Origin: a virus
IMG/VR virus record: IMGVR_UViG_3300032116_000148
Location: 4,861 to 68,860 of that record
Length of the DNA: 64,000 bases
Strand: one strand, 5' to 3'
Of the stretch, positions 33,892 to 45,144 are shown piece after piece. Positions within the stretch are counted from its first letter, which is position 1. Each line of letters begins with the position of its first letter. A program made the position numbers and the translations under genes. The notes below the pieces were generated by a model, which was not told where the DNA came from, searched no databases, and saw only the letters and a program-made list of their open reading frames with translations.

Positions 33892-36543
33892 TTAGACTGA
33901 TACGTTATATGAAAATGAGTTTGCAAAGTTTAGTTCTACCGCAAATTGGCCTGATCCCAAACTATAAGCTGAAGGCGGGAAGTAAGGGTTTCCTATCGGA
34001 GCAGATCCATAAGTATCCCATTCGAAAGTTGTTGTTGCATTGATAACTGCAACCAACCCTAATGCTACATCTTCGGCAGTATCTCCAGGTGCGGCCGGAT
34101 AAGAAACAGTGTAACTATAAACCGACATACTGTAGACAGCTCCTGCTGGAACATAAGTTCCAATTTCAAAAGTTTGAATTCTGTAAACACCTGAATATGG
34201 GATATTGCTTGTTTGAGTAAACGTTGGAAGAGCATTCAACCTGCCTTCCCAAATATATTGATCACCTGTTGACCAAGGTGAAGGTGCGTACCATGTCACG
34301 GTGTTACCTGATCCCGCTGTAGAGACGAAGCTCGTACTGATAGGACCGACGCTGGTAACTCCACTGCTCGTTATTGCCCAAGTTAATCCTTGGAAATAGG
34401 TAGAAGTACCAAAAGTGTTATTGGTTAGCGTTGCTCTGTAGTAAGCTGCAGTGTTCAATCCAGTGCTCGTTGAAACGCTGGTTCCGGCTAGAGATCTAGT
34501 CAAGTTAGAAACAGGAGTCCATGTCATCAAATCAGAGCTGGATTCCACTATCAAACTGTTAGGGCTAGCTGGAGCTTGTAGCTGAGAAAGAACGCTAAAG
34601 CCGGTTCCGTTTCCTGTTCCGCTGGTTCCTCCCGTGCCGCCTGTTCCGCTGGTTCCTCCAGTTGCAGCCGAGCAAGGATTACCCGCCGGTGCAGAAGTGA
34701 CCAGGTAAGAAGCGCTAAAATTGAGGACGCCGTCCGTAGATCCTTGATAATCTATGAAGCTTAATCTTCTCATGCTCTTATAGAAAGATCCAGGGTTGTT
34801 GGCATCGTTGACGTAGAAAGCCATAGCTACTCCGCTAGTACTAGCACAGTAAAAAGAAGCCTTGACAGTTCCAGCGATAGGAACTGTAGAACAACTGCCC
34901 GATATATTGTGAGCACCTGCTGAATAGAAAGGCATTCCGTATTCTGTACCTACTGCTGAAGAAGCCACTGATGAATTTTCAATGTCAGGGCTATGAGGAA
35001 ATCCTGTGACAATGAGGCCTGCCTGGTAGTAATCCGGAGATCCAGGACAAGGAACTGATCCAGGTATCGTGATATTGAAGACTGCGTCAACAGTAATCAT
35101 ATTGCCGACCCTCGTATATTTTGCTTTCTTTATTGAATAGAAGCTCGTACCGCTAGTTCCGAATGTTCCACTGATAGAACCTGCGTTGAAAACTTGCAGA
35201 TTAGGTGTCCAAGAACCTTCTTCGTAATAGTCTAGAGAATAAGGGTCGTTGGAAGGAACACCCGTTGATGGGAATGCCAGAGCCTGTGTTAATCTACCAG
35301 AAGTAGAAAGTCCGAACACCTCGGCTGAAGCATTGGTCTTGATAGAAATCAATTGCTGAGAAGCAGTTGCTCCTCTGACATCCAAACCGATGTTGTTAGT
35401 ACCTGGCGTATTGATTGCGAAACTACGTCCAGAAGTTGTGACTATTGATCTGCCTGAGAAGATAGAAATGTCTGAACTTGTTCCCGCATTTTTTATGTAA
35501 ATAGATGCGTCTCCGGCCAAAGGTACTGCAGTAGGATCTGAGTTACCGAGAACGATGATTGCATCTCCCAGAGAACCACTAGTTCCTTTTTTCAACGTTA
35601 AGGCAGCTCCTGCGTATCCTGAAAGAGTTGATTGTTTTGCCCAAAGAGTGATATTACCTACGCTGTTATCAGCTCCGAAGATTCCTGAGCTGTAGTTAGT
35701 GATAGGATTGTAAGTCTCTATGAGAATGTTACGGCCTGCTCCTAAATATGCTCTTGAATCGAGAGAGTTTACGTTTATGCCGTTAGGATATGAACTAAAG
35801 ATCGAAGAATTGTTGACCCTTTTCTGAGAAATCATCTCTATCCCATCAGCTACGTCCAAAGTAATGTAACTCATATCAGCCACCACGTTAGTGTTGAACG
35901 TCGATGAGCCGTCGCCCTGTACTCTGGAGAGAATAATGTTTTTGCCTACTCCAAGATCTTTTGGAGCATGCACGAAAAGAGAACCGTTGTCAGTGTTAAC
36001 ATCATCGGCATAAATGTCAGAAATGTAGTCAACTGGTGTCCCTCCGATTCCTTGATCGTCAGCAGCTCCGAAAGGAGCTCCTCCGATTAAAACCGCCTGT
36101 TCGTTGCTAAGATCAGAAGTAGCAGTCGCTAAATCAGAACTAGGCCTCAAATATCTAAATTTGTAGAGAGGTAGAGAAGTACTGATGCTAGTAGAAGAGC
36201 CGTCAATTTGATCCCAGATAGTACCTGTTCCAGTTAAGTCTATGCCGGTCGCCACCCAAGTGCTGCCGTTGTATTCATAAACCAAACCCGAACTCTCCAA
36301 AAAGAGATCACCTGTAATTAATCCTGTGGATGGAAAGCTACCGCCTTCAAACCATTTAGTCCCTCTGACACCCTGAGGACCGATGACGCCTTGAGGGCCC
36401 GTAGGTCCAAAGGGGCCTTGCGGTCCTTGCGGGCCAGCCGGACCTCCTCCGTTCTGTAACAGCTGGTCAAAGTTGTAATTGACCTTGTCTGCCATCTGGG
36501 AGATGGTATCCGATGCGATGATTTCGTATATTGTGATAGCCAT
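33892..36543 (-). CDS. Tail fiber protein with collagen-like repeat
   Basis: GPAGPQGPQGPFGPTGPQGVIGPQGVRG; LDYYEEGSWTP and YTRVGNMITV fiber motifs; G/S/T-rich. Confidence 0.85.
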   Translation of the reverse strand: MAITIYEIIASDTISQMADKVNYNFDQLLQNGGGPAGPQGPQGPFGPTGPQGVIGPQGVRGTKWFEGGSFPSTGLITGDLFLESSGLVYEYNGSTWVATGIDLTGTGTIWDQIDGSSTSISTSLPLYKFRYLRPSSDLATATSDLSNEQAVLIGGAPFGAADDQGIGGTPVDYISDIYADDVNTDNGSLFVHAPKDLGVGKNIILSRVQGDGSSTFNTNVVADMSYITLDVADGIEMISQKRVNNSSIFSSYPNGINVNSLDSRAYLGAGRNILIETYNPITNYSSGIFGADNSVGNITLWAKQSTLSGYAGAALTLKKGTSGSLGDAIIVLGNSDPTAVPLAGDASIYIKNAGTSSDISIFSGRSIVTTSGRSFAINTPGTNNIGLDVRGATASQQLISIKTNASAEVFGLSTSGRLTQALAFPSTGVPSNDPYSLDYYEEGSWTPNLQVFNAGSISGTFGTSGTSFYSIKKAKYTRVGNMITVDAVFNITIPGSVPCPGSPDYYQAGLIVTGFPHSPDIENSSVASSAVGTEYGMPFYSAGAHNISGSCSTVPIAGTVKASFYCASTSGVAMAFYVNDANNPGSFYKSMRRLSFIDYQGSTDGVLNFSASYLVTSAPAGNPCSAATGGTSGTGGTGGTSGTGNGTGFSVLSQLQAPASPNSLIVESSSDLMTWTPVSNLTRSLAGTSVSTSTGLNTAAYYRATLTNNTFGTSTYFQGLTWAITSSGVTSVGPISTSFVSTAGSGNTVTWYAPSPWSTGDQYIWEGRLNALPTFTQTSNIPYSGVYRIQTFEIGTYVPAGAVYSMSVYSYTVSYPAAPGDTAEDVALGLVAVINATTTFEWDTYGSAPIGNPYFPPSAYSLGSGQFAVELNFANSFSYNVSV
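34613..34659. repeat. 20-bp direct repeat x2 (27-bp period) encoding a GGTSGTG linker in the tail fiber
   Basis: cctgttccgctggttcctcc at 34613-34632 and 34640-34659. Confidence 0.9.
36361..36450 (-). repeat. Collagen-like G-X-Y repeat
   Basis: About 9-10 GXY triplets near the fiber N-terminus. Confidence 0.9.
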
Positions 36544-36551
36544 CTATCTAG

Positions 36552-39500
36552 TTATTTCTTTGTTAGGTTAATGCTGACTCCTACCGATATCGAGTATCCT
36601 AGCTTCTTTCTATATATTGTCTCGAAATTAAGGCTGTCTGCTCTCTGATTTTGAATCCCGAAGTTCTTATTGATACTCAGGCCACCGTTGCTCTTTACGG
36701 AATTGTTGAGAGACATCCACGTAAAATCGTCAGTACCTCCAGCAGTTTCTTTCGTGTACAAATTAACAAAGTTGATTTTGTACAGAGGCAATACATTCTT
36801 TAAGATGTAAGAATCTATGAATTGGCTTAGATCAGTATGAGAGAAGCTCGTAAATTTCGGATTGACATAAGTGACAAAAGCATCGTAAACGTTCTGTCTA
36901 AAATATCTTATGAATCTTTCTTGCAGAGCTAAGAAGATGATCAAGGAATTCTCAGGACCGTAGCTGGAAGTGAATTCTCCAGGTTCAAAGGTGTCTAAGA
37001 TGACGGTCTGAGGAACTTTAAGATATTTAGAACCGAAGAAACTCTTCTTTTCCAAAGATGAGAAAGTCCCTGGTATGAGTACCTTTTCAGTCTTAGTCAG
37101 ATATGTGCTAAAATATCCAGGGTCCCATGCAGAAGCAAATGCATAGAATCTATCTCTCTTGTCAATAGCAATCTCACCGATCAATGGATACAAGCTTCTG
37201 AAAGAAGTATCAGATGAAAGTTCCAGTATTGCTCCAGGGTTCGTAGCATTGACCTTGTGGAAGAAATAATTTCTGATCTGACCAAAATTTACATAGCTGA
37301 GGTCAAACTGGGTGTTTTTGTATCTACACAGATTGAAAACGCTAGTCTTGTACGTGGTGACTCCGATGTTTTCAGTTATTTCTTGTATGTAAGGATCTTT
37401 GAATTTAAAGAGATCGACAAATTTAATGTTATAGTTACCAGACTGTCTATAGATCGGTAAGACTCCCGGCGTTTTAGCTACAGCCAGTTCATAACCGACC
37501 ACGTCTTCTAAGTTGAAGACTGTAGGCTTGTTAGGATCTGGAACATATCTCAGATACGAAGCTTTCATATCTAAACTTCCGGCTGATAATTGCAGGAGAA
37601 ACTCATCGTAGGAAAGTTGTCCCGTTTCACTTACTGTCTCGTAGATCACGTTAGGGTCACCTAAATTGATAGCATTATAAATGTTCGCAAAACTAGCTGC
37701 GTTCATTCTATTGACTAGAGCTTCGTAACCACCACCTACTACACCGTAAAAGCCGTTCTTAAAGTCTTGAAGATTGGCTCCACCGATCGGAAGGTTGATA
37801 TCGACACCGTTCTTTTTAACAGATAGAGCTAATAAGTTTCCGTTACTGAGAACTTGAGTAATTCCTGATATTTGATAAACGTCAGGAGCAACGTTAAAAG
37901 TTATATCTTTGAACGTACCTGCGCTGCCTTCTGTAATCTGTGTTAAGAATTGTGTGCCCACGCCTTTGATATTGTAGACAGATCCTATTGTTCCGGTGCT
38001 GGTCAGAGGATTGATCCAGCCTGTCATCAAGGTGGTAGAATAAGTCGCAGGGTTGTAAGCAGTGACAGGAGACGGATAGAAGCCTGAAACAGCTGAAGCT
38101 ATGTTAGGGTTATATGTCGTCAAGTTCGACCCGCTCACTGTAAATGTGCCTGATTGAATAATGCTCTGCAGATTATAGAGAAGAGTTCTATCAATGACGG
38201 TAGGATCTTGTCCTGGTTGTATCGAAGCATAATCCACTTTCAAGAAGATCATCATCGTGATAGTCTTCCACTTTTTATTTCTAACGACCTTAATCTGAAA
38301 GTTAGGTTTGTCAGATCTGGTAGTAGGAATGAGCATTGCTGCAAACTTGTAATCGTTGAATTCTCCGTTTCTGGTCGTCTGAATAGAGTCTGCATTGTAG
38401 TTAAGATCTACGCTGCTTTCTACTCTCTGCTTAGCTATGACTTTAATTCCTCTAAAGAAAGCCTCTGAGAAATTTTGTGCATTTCCACCTTTGAGTCTAG
38501 CATATCTGATCTGCTTATCGAAATAAGCATAAGTCGGAGTAGGTGCAGTAAATGAGACTAGGTTATCAACTATAAAAAAGTTTGAGAAGTTATCGGTAGT
38601 GACGTTTTGAAAGTAGCCTAGAGTGCTTCCCGTATTATCGTCTGGCGTAAAGTTAAAATAACTCCATGACCCTAATAGAGCAGATTCTCCGAAATAAGAA
38701 GGGACCTGACCCAAATAATACCATTCATGAGAAAATGATAGAGCATCTTGCTTGTTAGAATAAGGTGAGGGCGAGAAGTTGTAGACTCCAAAAGCTTCTG
38801 AGAAGTTAAGTCTATAAGGTTTGTTTCTCACGTCTTTTCCATATTCATCATAGACCCATTTGCAGACAGTAGGTACCGTTCTCGAGAAAGTCGATAGATT
38901 TTTGTTGAAATTTTCAAAAAGTCTATCGTATTCTGAAAGAATGATAGTCTCTTCTTGATCACTGTTAGCAGTGTTTTCCAACACCGGCTGCAGCTTAGAG
39001 AATCCACCGTTCAGATAGAAATTCACGATGTTAGGGTAAGAACCTTGGTTAACAGGAAGCAAGAGAATTTGATTCGAGCTATTGACCAGTTTTACTCTCT
39101 GATTGTATTCATTGTACTCTTCTGCTAATTCACCTTCCTCGCTATACTGAGAGCTGTAAAAATCAAAATCGAAATCTCTGACAGGAAATATCGAAAGTCG
39201 GCCGAAGGGAACGTCATATAGATCATAGATCGATACACCGCCTGATCGGCTAGCTTTGATTCCATCTTCATCGAAGAAAGCTGAAACGTAAGTCTTGACG
39301 TTTTTAAACTCGACAGGGTTGCTGTTCCTATCAAAAACGGGTTCTTCTAAATAAAGCCCATATCCTAGACATTCAGCTTTCGCTCCGCTGTTTAGATCTG
39401 TATACTTTCCAGTTATCGTAGAACTCAAACTGATCGGAATTCGTATCCTCGATTTTTCATAATCGCTTCCGCCTGTAAAATAGAATTTTGAGGTTATTCC

Positions 39501-41162
39501 GCCTGTGCTAGTCGTGACAGATCTCGGAAAAACAGTGAATTCTGGAATTTCTCCTAGCGTAGAATCTAATTCGAAATTTAATCTGTTGAATCTAGAACCT
39601 GCAAATCTGGAATAAAAGACTACGGTGCCACCTTGAACTGCCGCATTAAAAAAGCGCTGCCCTTGCCCGTAGAAATTTAGAGCTGAAGCTATGGCTTTAG
39701 CAATATCAGCAGGCTGTCCCTGTCCATTAAAGAAGTATTGAAAACTCTTGCCTACAGAGTTAGGTCCTAAATTAGAATTGACGAGAGTTGCGTTACTCTC
39801 AATAGTAAGAGTAAAACCGCTTCCGTCATAAAAATTGATGGTATAGCCGATAGGAATTTCTCCTAAAATCTCCCAACTTACCGAAGACTTCGCCTTGCCT
39901 GGTAAGATAAGAGAATCGAAGAAGCCTTCTGAAGGAGTGTACCCAGAGAAAGCTGCTACGTCGACTTTAGTGTCAGAAAGTCTTATTGAATTAGGATTCC
40001 ACTGTGATCCTTTTTTCAATGAATGAACCTCGCTGTTCTTGTTTTTTACCACGAAGAATGAGCTGATGTTATTTACATTCGAAGGAGTAGGGATACCTGT
40101 CGTAGTATTTACGCTTTCAGGTTGAAAATAAAGAACTACTCCGTTAGGATTGTCCATTGAAAAATAAGCTCTTTTCTCTAAAGCATCTTTTTCGGGAAGA
40201 GCAGGCGTTTGAGTCTTCTCTGAAGCAGCATTTATGTAAAACGATTCTCCATCTAATTTGAAGGTACCTTCTTGCACAAAATTTGCATACAGACCGAAAT
40301 ATCTGTTTATTGAAAAGTCTTCTGCGGTAGAATCAGAGAATAAAAACTCAAAATTGAGTAGATTTGCGACCATTACGCCGTTTCTTTCAAATCCACTGCT
40401 AACAAAGTACTCTTCTTCAATGATAGACTTGTCTCTACCAAAAAACTGCTTATATAGAATTTCTCCTTTTTCGACAAACCTACCGTCTGAATAAGAAATT
40501 CCACGGTATTGAGTCATCTGATCCGGCTGCAAACTGACAAAGAGAGGAGACTCCGGAAATGTCTGCTGAGATCTGTAGTTTCTAACGTACTTGCCTACAT
40601 CACTGGAATCAGTGAGATCAAACGATTTTATCAGAGTACATGAATTGAAAACATTTTGAACGAAGTCCGTAGCCGTAGTAGCTGAGTCTAATCCAGCTAA
40701 AGGGTTGGTTTGACCTGCTAAATTAAAAGCAACTGGATCATCGATTCTGAAGACTAAAAAATAGTCTGGAATTTGCTCTTCTAACCAAAGAGGAGCTAAG
40801 ATGCCTAAGTCTTCGGTATATGCTTCTGATGAGATTGCTTGAGTCCCCGAAGCATAGAACATTTCATATTGCAGATCATATGTCGGTAGAACCGCAGTGT
40901 CGTCACTCTGCTGATTGAGACCAAACGCTACTTCTTTCGGAGTTTTTCGAGTCGCGTAAAAACTAGCGACGTCTTTGTCGTAAGATGATTTGGGATCTAC
41001 TGGGATCGCCTTGTAAATAGAGTTAGAAAGTACTGAATTCGCGTCAAAGGACTCCAAGAAAATCTTGCCCGAGCTGTTCACTACTAGCTTTACGTTAGTA
41101 GTCAATTTCGGATTAGTTCTAATCAGCTGAAAAGAAGCCTTGTCTAAGATAGCTCCAGCCAT
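36552..41162 (-). CDS. Large virion structural protein (baseplate/tail associated)
   Basis: 1536 aa, beta-rich, in the baseplate cluster, own late motif upstream. Confidence 0.6.
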   Translation of the reverse strand: MAGAILDKASFQLIRTNPKLTTNVKLVVNSSGKIFLESFDANSVLSNSIYKAIPVDPKSSYDKDVASFYATRKTPKEVAFGLNQQSDDTAVLPTYDLQYEMFYASGTQAISSEAYTEDLGILAPLWLEEQIPDYFLVFRIDDPVAFNLAGQTNPLAGLDSATTATDFVQNVFNSCTLIKSFDLTDSSDVGKYVRNYRSQQTFPESPLFVSLQPDQMTQYRGISYSDGRFVEKGEILYKQFFGRDKSIIEEEYFVSSGFERNGVMVANLLNFEFLFSDSTAEDFSINRYFGLYANFVQEGTFKLDGESFYINAASEKTQTPALPEKDALEKRAYFSMDNPNGVVLYFQPESVNTTTGIPTPSNVNNISSFFVVKNKNSEVHSLKKGSQWNPNSIRLSDTKVDVAAFSGYTPSEGFFDSLILPGKAKSSVSWEILGEIPIGYTINFYDGSGFTLTIESNATLVNSNLGPNSVGKSFQYFFNGQGQPADIAKAIASALNFYGQGQRFFNAAVQGGTVVFYSRFAGSRFNRLNFELDSTLGEIPEFTVFPRSVTTSTGGITSKFYFTGGSDYEKSRIRIPISLSSTITGKYTDLNSGAKAECLGYGLYLEEPVFDRNSNPVEFKNVKTYVSAFFDEDGIKASRSGGVSIYDLYDVPFGRLSIFPVRDFDFDFYSSQYSEEGELAEEYNEYNQRVKLVNSSNQILLLPVNQGSYPNIVNFYLNGGFSKLQPVLENTANSDQEETIILSEYDRLFENFNKNLSTFSRTVPTVCKWVYDEYGKDVRNKPYRLNFSEAFGVYNFSPSPYSNKQDALSFSHEWYYLGQVPSYFGESALLGSWSYFNFTPDDNTGSTLGYFQNVTTDNFSNFFIVDNLVSFTAPTPTYAYFDKQIRYARLKGGNAQNFSEAFFRGIKVIAKQRVESSVDLNYNADSIQTTRNGEFNDYKFAAMLIPTTRSDKPNFQIKVVRNKKWKTITMMIFLKVDYASIQPGQDPTVIDRTLLYNLQSIIQSGTFTVSGSNLTTYNPNIASAVSGFYPSPVTAYNPATYSTTLMTGWINPLTSTGTIGSVYNIKGVGTQFLTQITEGSAGTFKDITFNVAPDVYQISGITQVLSNGNLLALSVKKNGVDINLPIGGANLQDFKNGFYGVVGGGYEALVNRMNAASFANIYNAINLGDPNVIYETVSETGQLSYDEFLLQLSAGSLDMKASYLRYVPDPNKPTVFNLEDVVGYELAVAKTPGVLPIYRQSGNYNIKFVDLFKFKDPYIQEITENIGVTTYKTSVFNLCRYKNTQFDLSYVNFGQIRNYFFHKVNATNPGAILELSSDTSFRSLYPLIGEIAIDKRDRFYAFASAWDPGYFSTYLTKTEKVLIPGTFSSLEKKSFFGSKYLKVPQTVILDTFEPGEFTSSYGPENSLIIFLALQERFIRYFRQNVYDAFVTYVNPKFTSFSHTDLSQFIDSYILKNVLPLYKINFVNLYTKETAGGTDDFTWMSLNNSVKSNGGLSINKNFGIQNQRADSLNFETIYRKKLGYSISVGVSINLTKK

Positions 41163-41183
41163 GCACGCCTTTTATTTCTTGAT

Positions 41184-41191
41184 CTATATAT
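41184..41191 (-). promoter_or_regulatory. Late-type promoter motif
   Basis: ATATATAG ahead of the 1536-aa structural gene. Confidence 0.65.
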
Positions 41192-41215
41192 TTCCCGTGC
41201 AGGGCAATGATCTTC

Positions 41216-44200
41216 TTATTGGAAATTCTGCGCAAATTGATCACGAACCGTGAAATCACCTTCTACGCCGTAGACTCCTCTGCCGAGTCCACCGCCACCA
41301 CCACCACCTCCTACGCTAGGAGCGATAGTTCTGATAGTGTTCTGCAGATCATAAAGAGCACCGGTTACGTCCACTCTAGGGATGAGATCTAGATTAAGGT
41401 TGTCTGGTGAGTATTTAGCCGAGATTTCAATATCGAAAGAAAAGACGTCTCCACCTTTAACATAGATGTCAACACCCATTGCTTTGGTATATTTAAGATT
41501 TGTAGTTCTTCCTGTAGGATCTCCGCCAATGTTTCCTATCCCTGTCGTTCCAGATCCGAAATAGTCAGTCATTCTGTATTGGAAACTGACCGGTATTTTA
41601 ATAGAAGCTGTGGTACCCGCAGTGATAACTTTAACAGATGTCTGAGACTTGCCGTTCACTACTATCGAATCATGTTTGTCAGTCGATAAGAACATGTAAG
41701 CTCCGCAGCTTCTCTTTCCAAGAAAATACTGATCATTGCTATCGAAGGCCATTTTAAGCCCTCTCTGATAATTGAAAGGAGCTAAGCCTGCTCCAGTATA
41801 AGAAGTACCACCACCACTTACGATTCCCAAAGAGCTATCAGTCAATGATGGGCTAGGAGTAATGTTAAAAGTTCCAGCAGTTCCCATTGCATTCATCTTT
41901 TCGTAAAGATATATTGACTGCTGCTTGCCTCTAGAATCACTGTCTATCAAAGGAATGAATTTTGAGTGTCTGAATAGAGGCATTGCCACTTTTCTACCTA
42001 GAGTAGTTGAGCTAGGTTGAACTGCTGTACATGCAGAAAATACGTCGATTGGCGTAGAATTGGCTCTAAGATCAGTTGAACTAGGGATTGTAGCACCGAG
42101 TCCTGATCCTGTACCGGTGTCATAAGTAGAAGTCTCATAGTAAGACTTGAGAGAATCTATACCTGCTGCGATGACCGGATGATTTACGTGTACTTCTAAT
42201 ACATCACCAGTTGCTGCTCCGCTGCCTGCATAACCACTGTCAGTTGTCGGCTTGAATGTAGAGCTTCCAGCATCCCAATAGAAGCCTCCGCCCCAGATGA
42301 ACTGGGAAGAGTTTCCAGTAGTAGTGGCAGTGCTTCTAGTATAGAAGTTTTCTGCTCCATCCAATTTATCGATTCTCGTTCCAGTAGGGTCAGTATAAGA
42401 GTAGAAATCTTGTTCTGCCGCTATATCCTTGTATCTAGCGTAAAGGAACTGTCCTTTCACCTGACATGATTGGAAAGGAGAAAGAGAATCGACGTTTCCG
42501 TATTTGTTGTTGGCAGGAACGTCAGGGTTAGTTAAGAGAAGAGGGACGATATCGTATCTTCTCACCGTATTATAATCGCTATCAGATGAATTATAAGTAT
42601 TGTAGTTGTCTAAGTAACTGTAAATTGAAGCAGGTATGTTGGCAGATATGCCGTTTGTCGGATTTTCTGATTCAACTACCTGTCTGTCGCTGCTTCCCCA
42701 TACTCTAGAAACAAGTTCAAGAGGAGTTTGAGTAGCATTTTTAATGTTGATGAAGAACGTCTTAGTCACAATGGCTCCCTTCTTAACGGTAAGTCCATTA
42801 ACAGCATCTGTGTAGTAGCCTGCAAAAAGAGAATTCTTCTGGTTTCTAGCTATCGGCGTTTCTACTCCATTCTCATCCAAGAAAGTAAGCTGAATTTCAG
42901 CTTTAACTCCTGTTATCTGCTGTTGTAGCTGAATGATGATATTCTGTAGTTCGTTGATCTTTGTAAAGAGATCGATAGGCTGCTGAGTGCTACTAGCCAC
43001 AAAACCTGAAGCGATGACGGATGCATCATGAGCAAAATATCTTTCGCCTGAATAGAAAGAACTGGCCAAGTGAGTGTCTATCCCTTTTGCATTGATAGCC
43101 TCCTGTAATGTTACAGCAGCTACAGCATCTTGGTTCTGTTTGATGATGTCACTTAACGCATTGTTAGTGTTTATGTCCTCAGGAAAAGGAATAATCACGC
43201 TGTTAGAATAAGGAGAAGAAGCTGGATTGGATGGCCATCCTGCTTCAGAGATAGATTTAATTCTGATCTCTACTTGTTCACCTTTTTGAACCGGTATGTC
43301 TACCTGATTTATGTTGATGCTGTCAGCGTCTTGAGTAATGACTGGATCCCACTCATACTGCTCTGTGGCAGCGTTATAAGTCCTAGGCCTGATAGAGCTA
43401 TAGACTTGGTTCCAGTTAGAATATGCTCCAGTCGTAGAGACTCCGTTATCCACGAAATCGAAAGTTTTGACAGGATTTGCTGCACCGTTCGTTGACAGAT
43501 ATCTGTATTCTAATAAGAATTGTACGACTTGTTGCGTTCCAGTTTCTGCAGAGACTCTAGGTTCAGGAATAGGGAAGAATCCTCTAATTCTGTATTTAGG
43601 GTCTGCTGAAATCAAACCAGTGTCTCTGACTCTTGCATCAATTTCTTTGACTAGAGAGTTATAGAGATCGGCTTTAGTGCTTCTCTGTTGAACTAATCCT
43701 AACAAGTTGTTTCTATCAGCATCTCTTTCTACGTTATTCTGATAGTTTTTTGTAGCAATTTCTGCTCTTTTCTGAGTAATAGCATTGTCAAGTTCTTTTA
43801 ACTCAGAACTGAGACTAGTCTTTTGCTTGCTCAAATCTTCAATGTTCTTAACGATAGTTTGATCAGTAACCTGTTGGTTAATCTGTACTACCTGGAAATC
43901 AGTTTCGACTAGAGAAGGTGCGTTAGGTTGTAAACCTTGTGCACTTGTAGGAAACTTGTCTATCGATAAAGACATGATGTAACGACCGAAATCAATGACA
44001 GCATTCTTGTAATATGTAGACAGAGGAATTACGGTTCCGTCGCCCTGTGTGAAAAGAAGATCGTTAGTATAAAATGCAGTGCCTGGAGACCAGTTCACTG
44101 AAGGTATTCTAGAATTTGGATCTACGGGTTTGATGAAGACCATCATATACTCGTTGAATCCTACGTTGAGATCAACTGAAATTGTATCATCTGTCGTAGA

Positions 44201-45133
44201 ATAGATCTTGAGAACGTTGGCTCCTATCGCTATTCCTTTGTTACCTTCAACAAGTTCCAAAGTAACGGCATTCGTGGATGTGTCAATGCTCTTGATCACG
44301 TATCTCGTATCAATCGGAGAACTGTTAACCACCAAACTATCACCTACCTTTAGCGTCAAAGAACCTGTAACGGTTAATGAAGCATCGCTGTAAGTCAGCT
44401 TGTTCAATATGAAAAGCTTAGTAGTCTGAGAGCTCTGAACGCTGTTTACGACTTGAGTCACGTTAGACGTGGTAATATCAACTACATCAAAATCTCCATA
44501 GTACTTGTTGATATTCGGAGGGAGATTGACCACGCTCTCGTCAGTAACATAAACGATTTGTTGATCATCTAATGCGGTGAGAGTAGTTGAATAATCTAAA
44601 GTGGTCGAACCCTTCAAATTTTCGTTGAAATAGTTCAACTTCTGAGGAGTATCTAAAGTCATGAAGACTCTTTCAACTACAGCTTCTTCAGTCTGATTAG
44701 GAACCTGCCCTGTCAGATCAAATGAGATGTAAAGTAGAGGAGTCAAAAAGTCATCAAAGAAATAGTTGTCTTTGACTTTGAACTGATTTACGCTAGGAAT
44801 GCTTGTCAAATCTGGAGCTTCAGAAAGGAGACTCGAAAGAATGATCTTTCTAAAAGTTCCATCGCTGAGAAGCAAACTACTGTTACCTCCTACGTTGAAG
44901 TTAGTCAGAGTCTTTATGTTCTGATCCAACCTGTCAATCTCACTCTTCAGATAACCGAAGCTAGGGACTTGGATTTTTTTAGTATTTCCAAGCCCGTCAG
45001 TGAGATCCACTGAGACTGTCTGCGATGAGCTAGTGATTGCCTCGGTTATCTTCTCGTAAGCTGTTACGTTGTTATTGTACAGCCTCAAGAGTTGAGGTAG
45101 GATCGTTGATATTGAATTTTGACTGTTCGACAT
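41216..45133 (-). CDS. Large virion structural protein with central coiled coil and FN3-like segment
   Basis: 1305 aa; heptads around aa 430-500; VEIRIKSISEAGWPSNP; C-terminal poly-Gly. Confidence 0.6.
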   Translation of the reverse strand: MSNSQNSISTILPQLLRLYNNNVTAYEKITEAITSSSQTVSVDLTDGLGNTKKIQVPSFGYLKSEIDRLDQNIKTLTNFNVGGNSSLLLSDGTFRKIILSSLLSEAPDLTSIPSVNQFKVKDNYFFDDFLTPLLYISFDLTGQVPNQTEEAVVERVFMTLDTPQKLNYFNENLKGSTTLDYSTTLTALDDQQIVYVTDESVVNLPPNINKYYGDFDVVDITTSNVTQVVNSVQSSQTTKLFILNKLTYSDASLTVTGSLTLKVGDSLVVNSSPIDTRYVIKSIDTSTNAVTLELVEGNKGIAIGANVLKIYSTTDDTISVDLNVGFNEYMMVFIKPVDPNSRIPSVNWSPGTAFYTNDLLFTQGDGTVIPLSTYYKNAVIDFGRYIMSLSIDKFPTSAQGLQPNAPSLVETDFQVVQINQQVTDQTIVKNIEDLSKQKTSLSSELKELDNAITQKRAEIATKNYQNNVERDADRNNLLGLVQQRSTKADLYNSLVKEIDARVRDTGLISADPKYRIRGFFPIPEPRVSAETGTQQVVQFLLEYRYLSTNGAANPVKTFDFVDNGVSTTGAYSNWNQVYSSIRPRTYNAATEQYEWDPVITQDADSININQVDIPVQKGEQVEIRIKSISEAGWPSNPASSPYSNSVIIPFPEDINTNNALSDIIKQNQDAVAAVTLQEAINAKGIDTHLASSFYSGERYFAHDASVIASGFVASSTQQPIDLFTKINELQNIIIQLQQQITGVKAEIQLTFLDENGVETPIARNQKNSLFAGYYTDAVNGLTVKKGAIVTKTFFINIKNATQTPLELVSRVWGSSDRQVVESENPTNGISANIPASIYSYLDNYNTYNSSDSDYNTVRRYDIVPLLLTNPDVPANNKYGNVDSLSPFQSCQVKGQFLYARYKDIAAEQDFYSYTDPTGTRIDKLDGAENFYTRSTATTTGNSSQFIWGGGFYWDAGSSTFKPTTDSGYAGSGAATGDVLEVHVNHPVIAAGIDSLKSYYETSTYDTGTGSGLGATIPSSTDLRANSTPIDVFSACTAVQPSSTTLGRKVAMPLFRHSKFIPLIDSDSRGKQQSIYLYEKMNAMGTAGTFNITPSPSLTDSSLGIVSGGGTSYTGAGLAPFNYQRGLKMAFDSNDQYFLGKRSCGAYMFLSTDKHDSIVVNGKSQTSVKVITAGTTASIKIPVSFQYRMTDYFGSGTTGIGNIGGDPTGRTTNLKYTKAMGVDIYVKGGDVFSFDIEISAKYSPDNLNLDLIPRVDVTGALYDLQNTIRTIAPSVGGGGGGGGLGRGVYGVEGDFTVRDQFAQNFQ

Positions 45134-45144
45134 TTATTCTCGTA

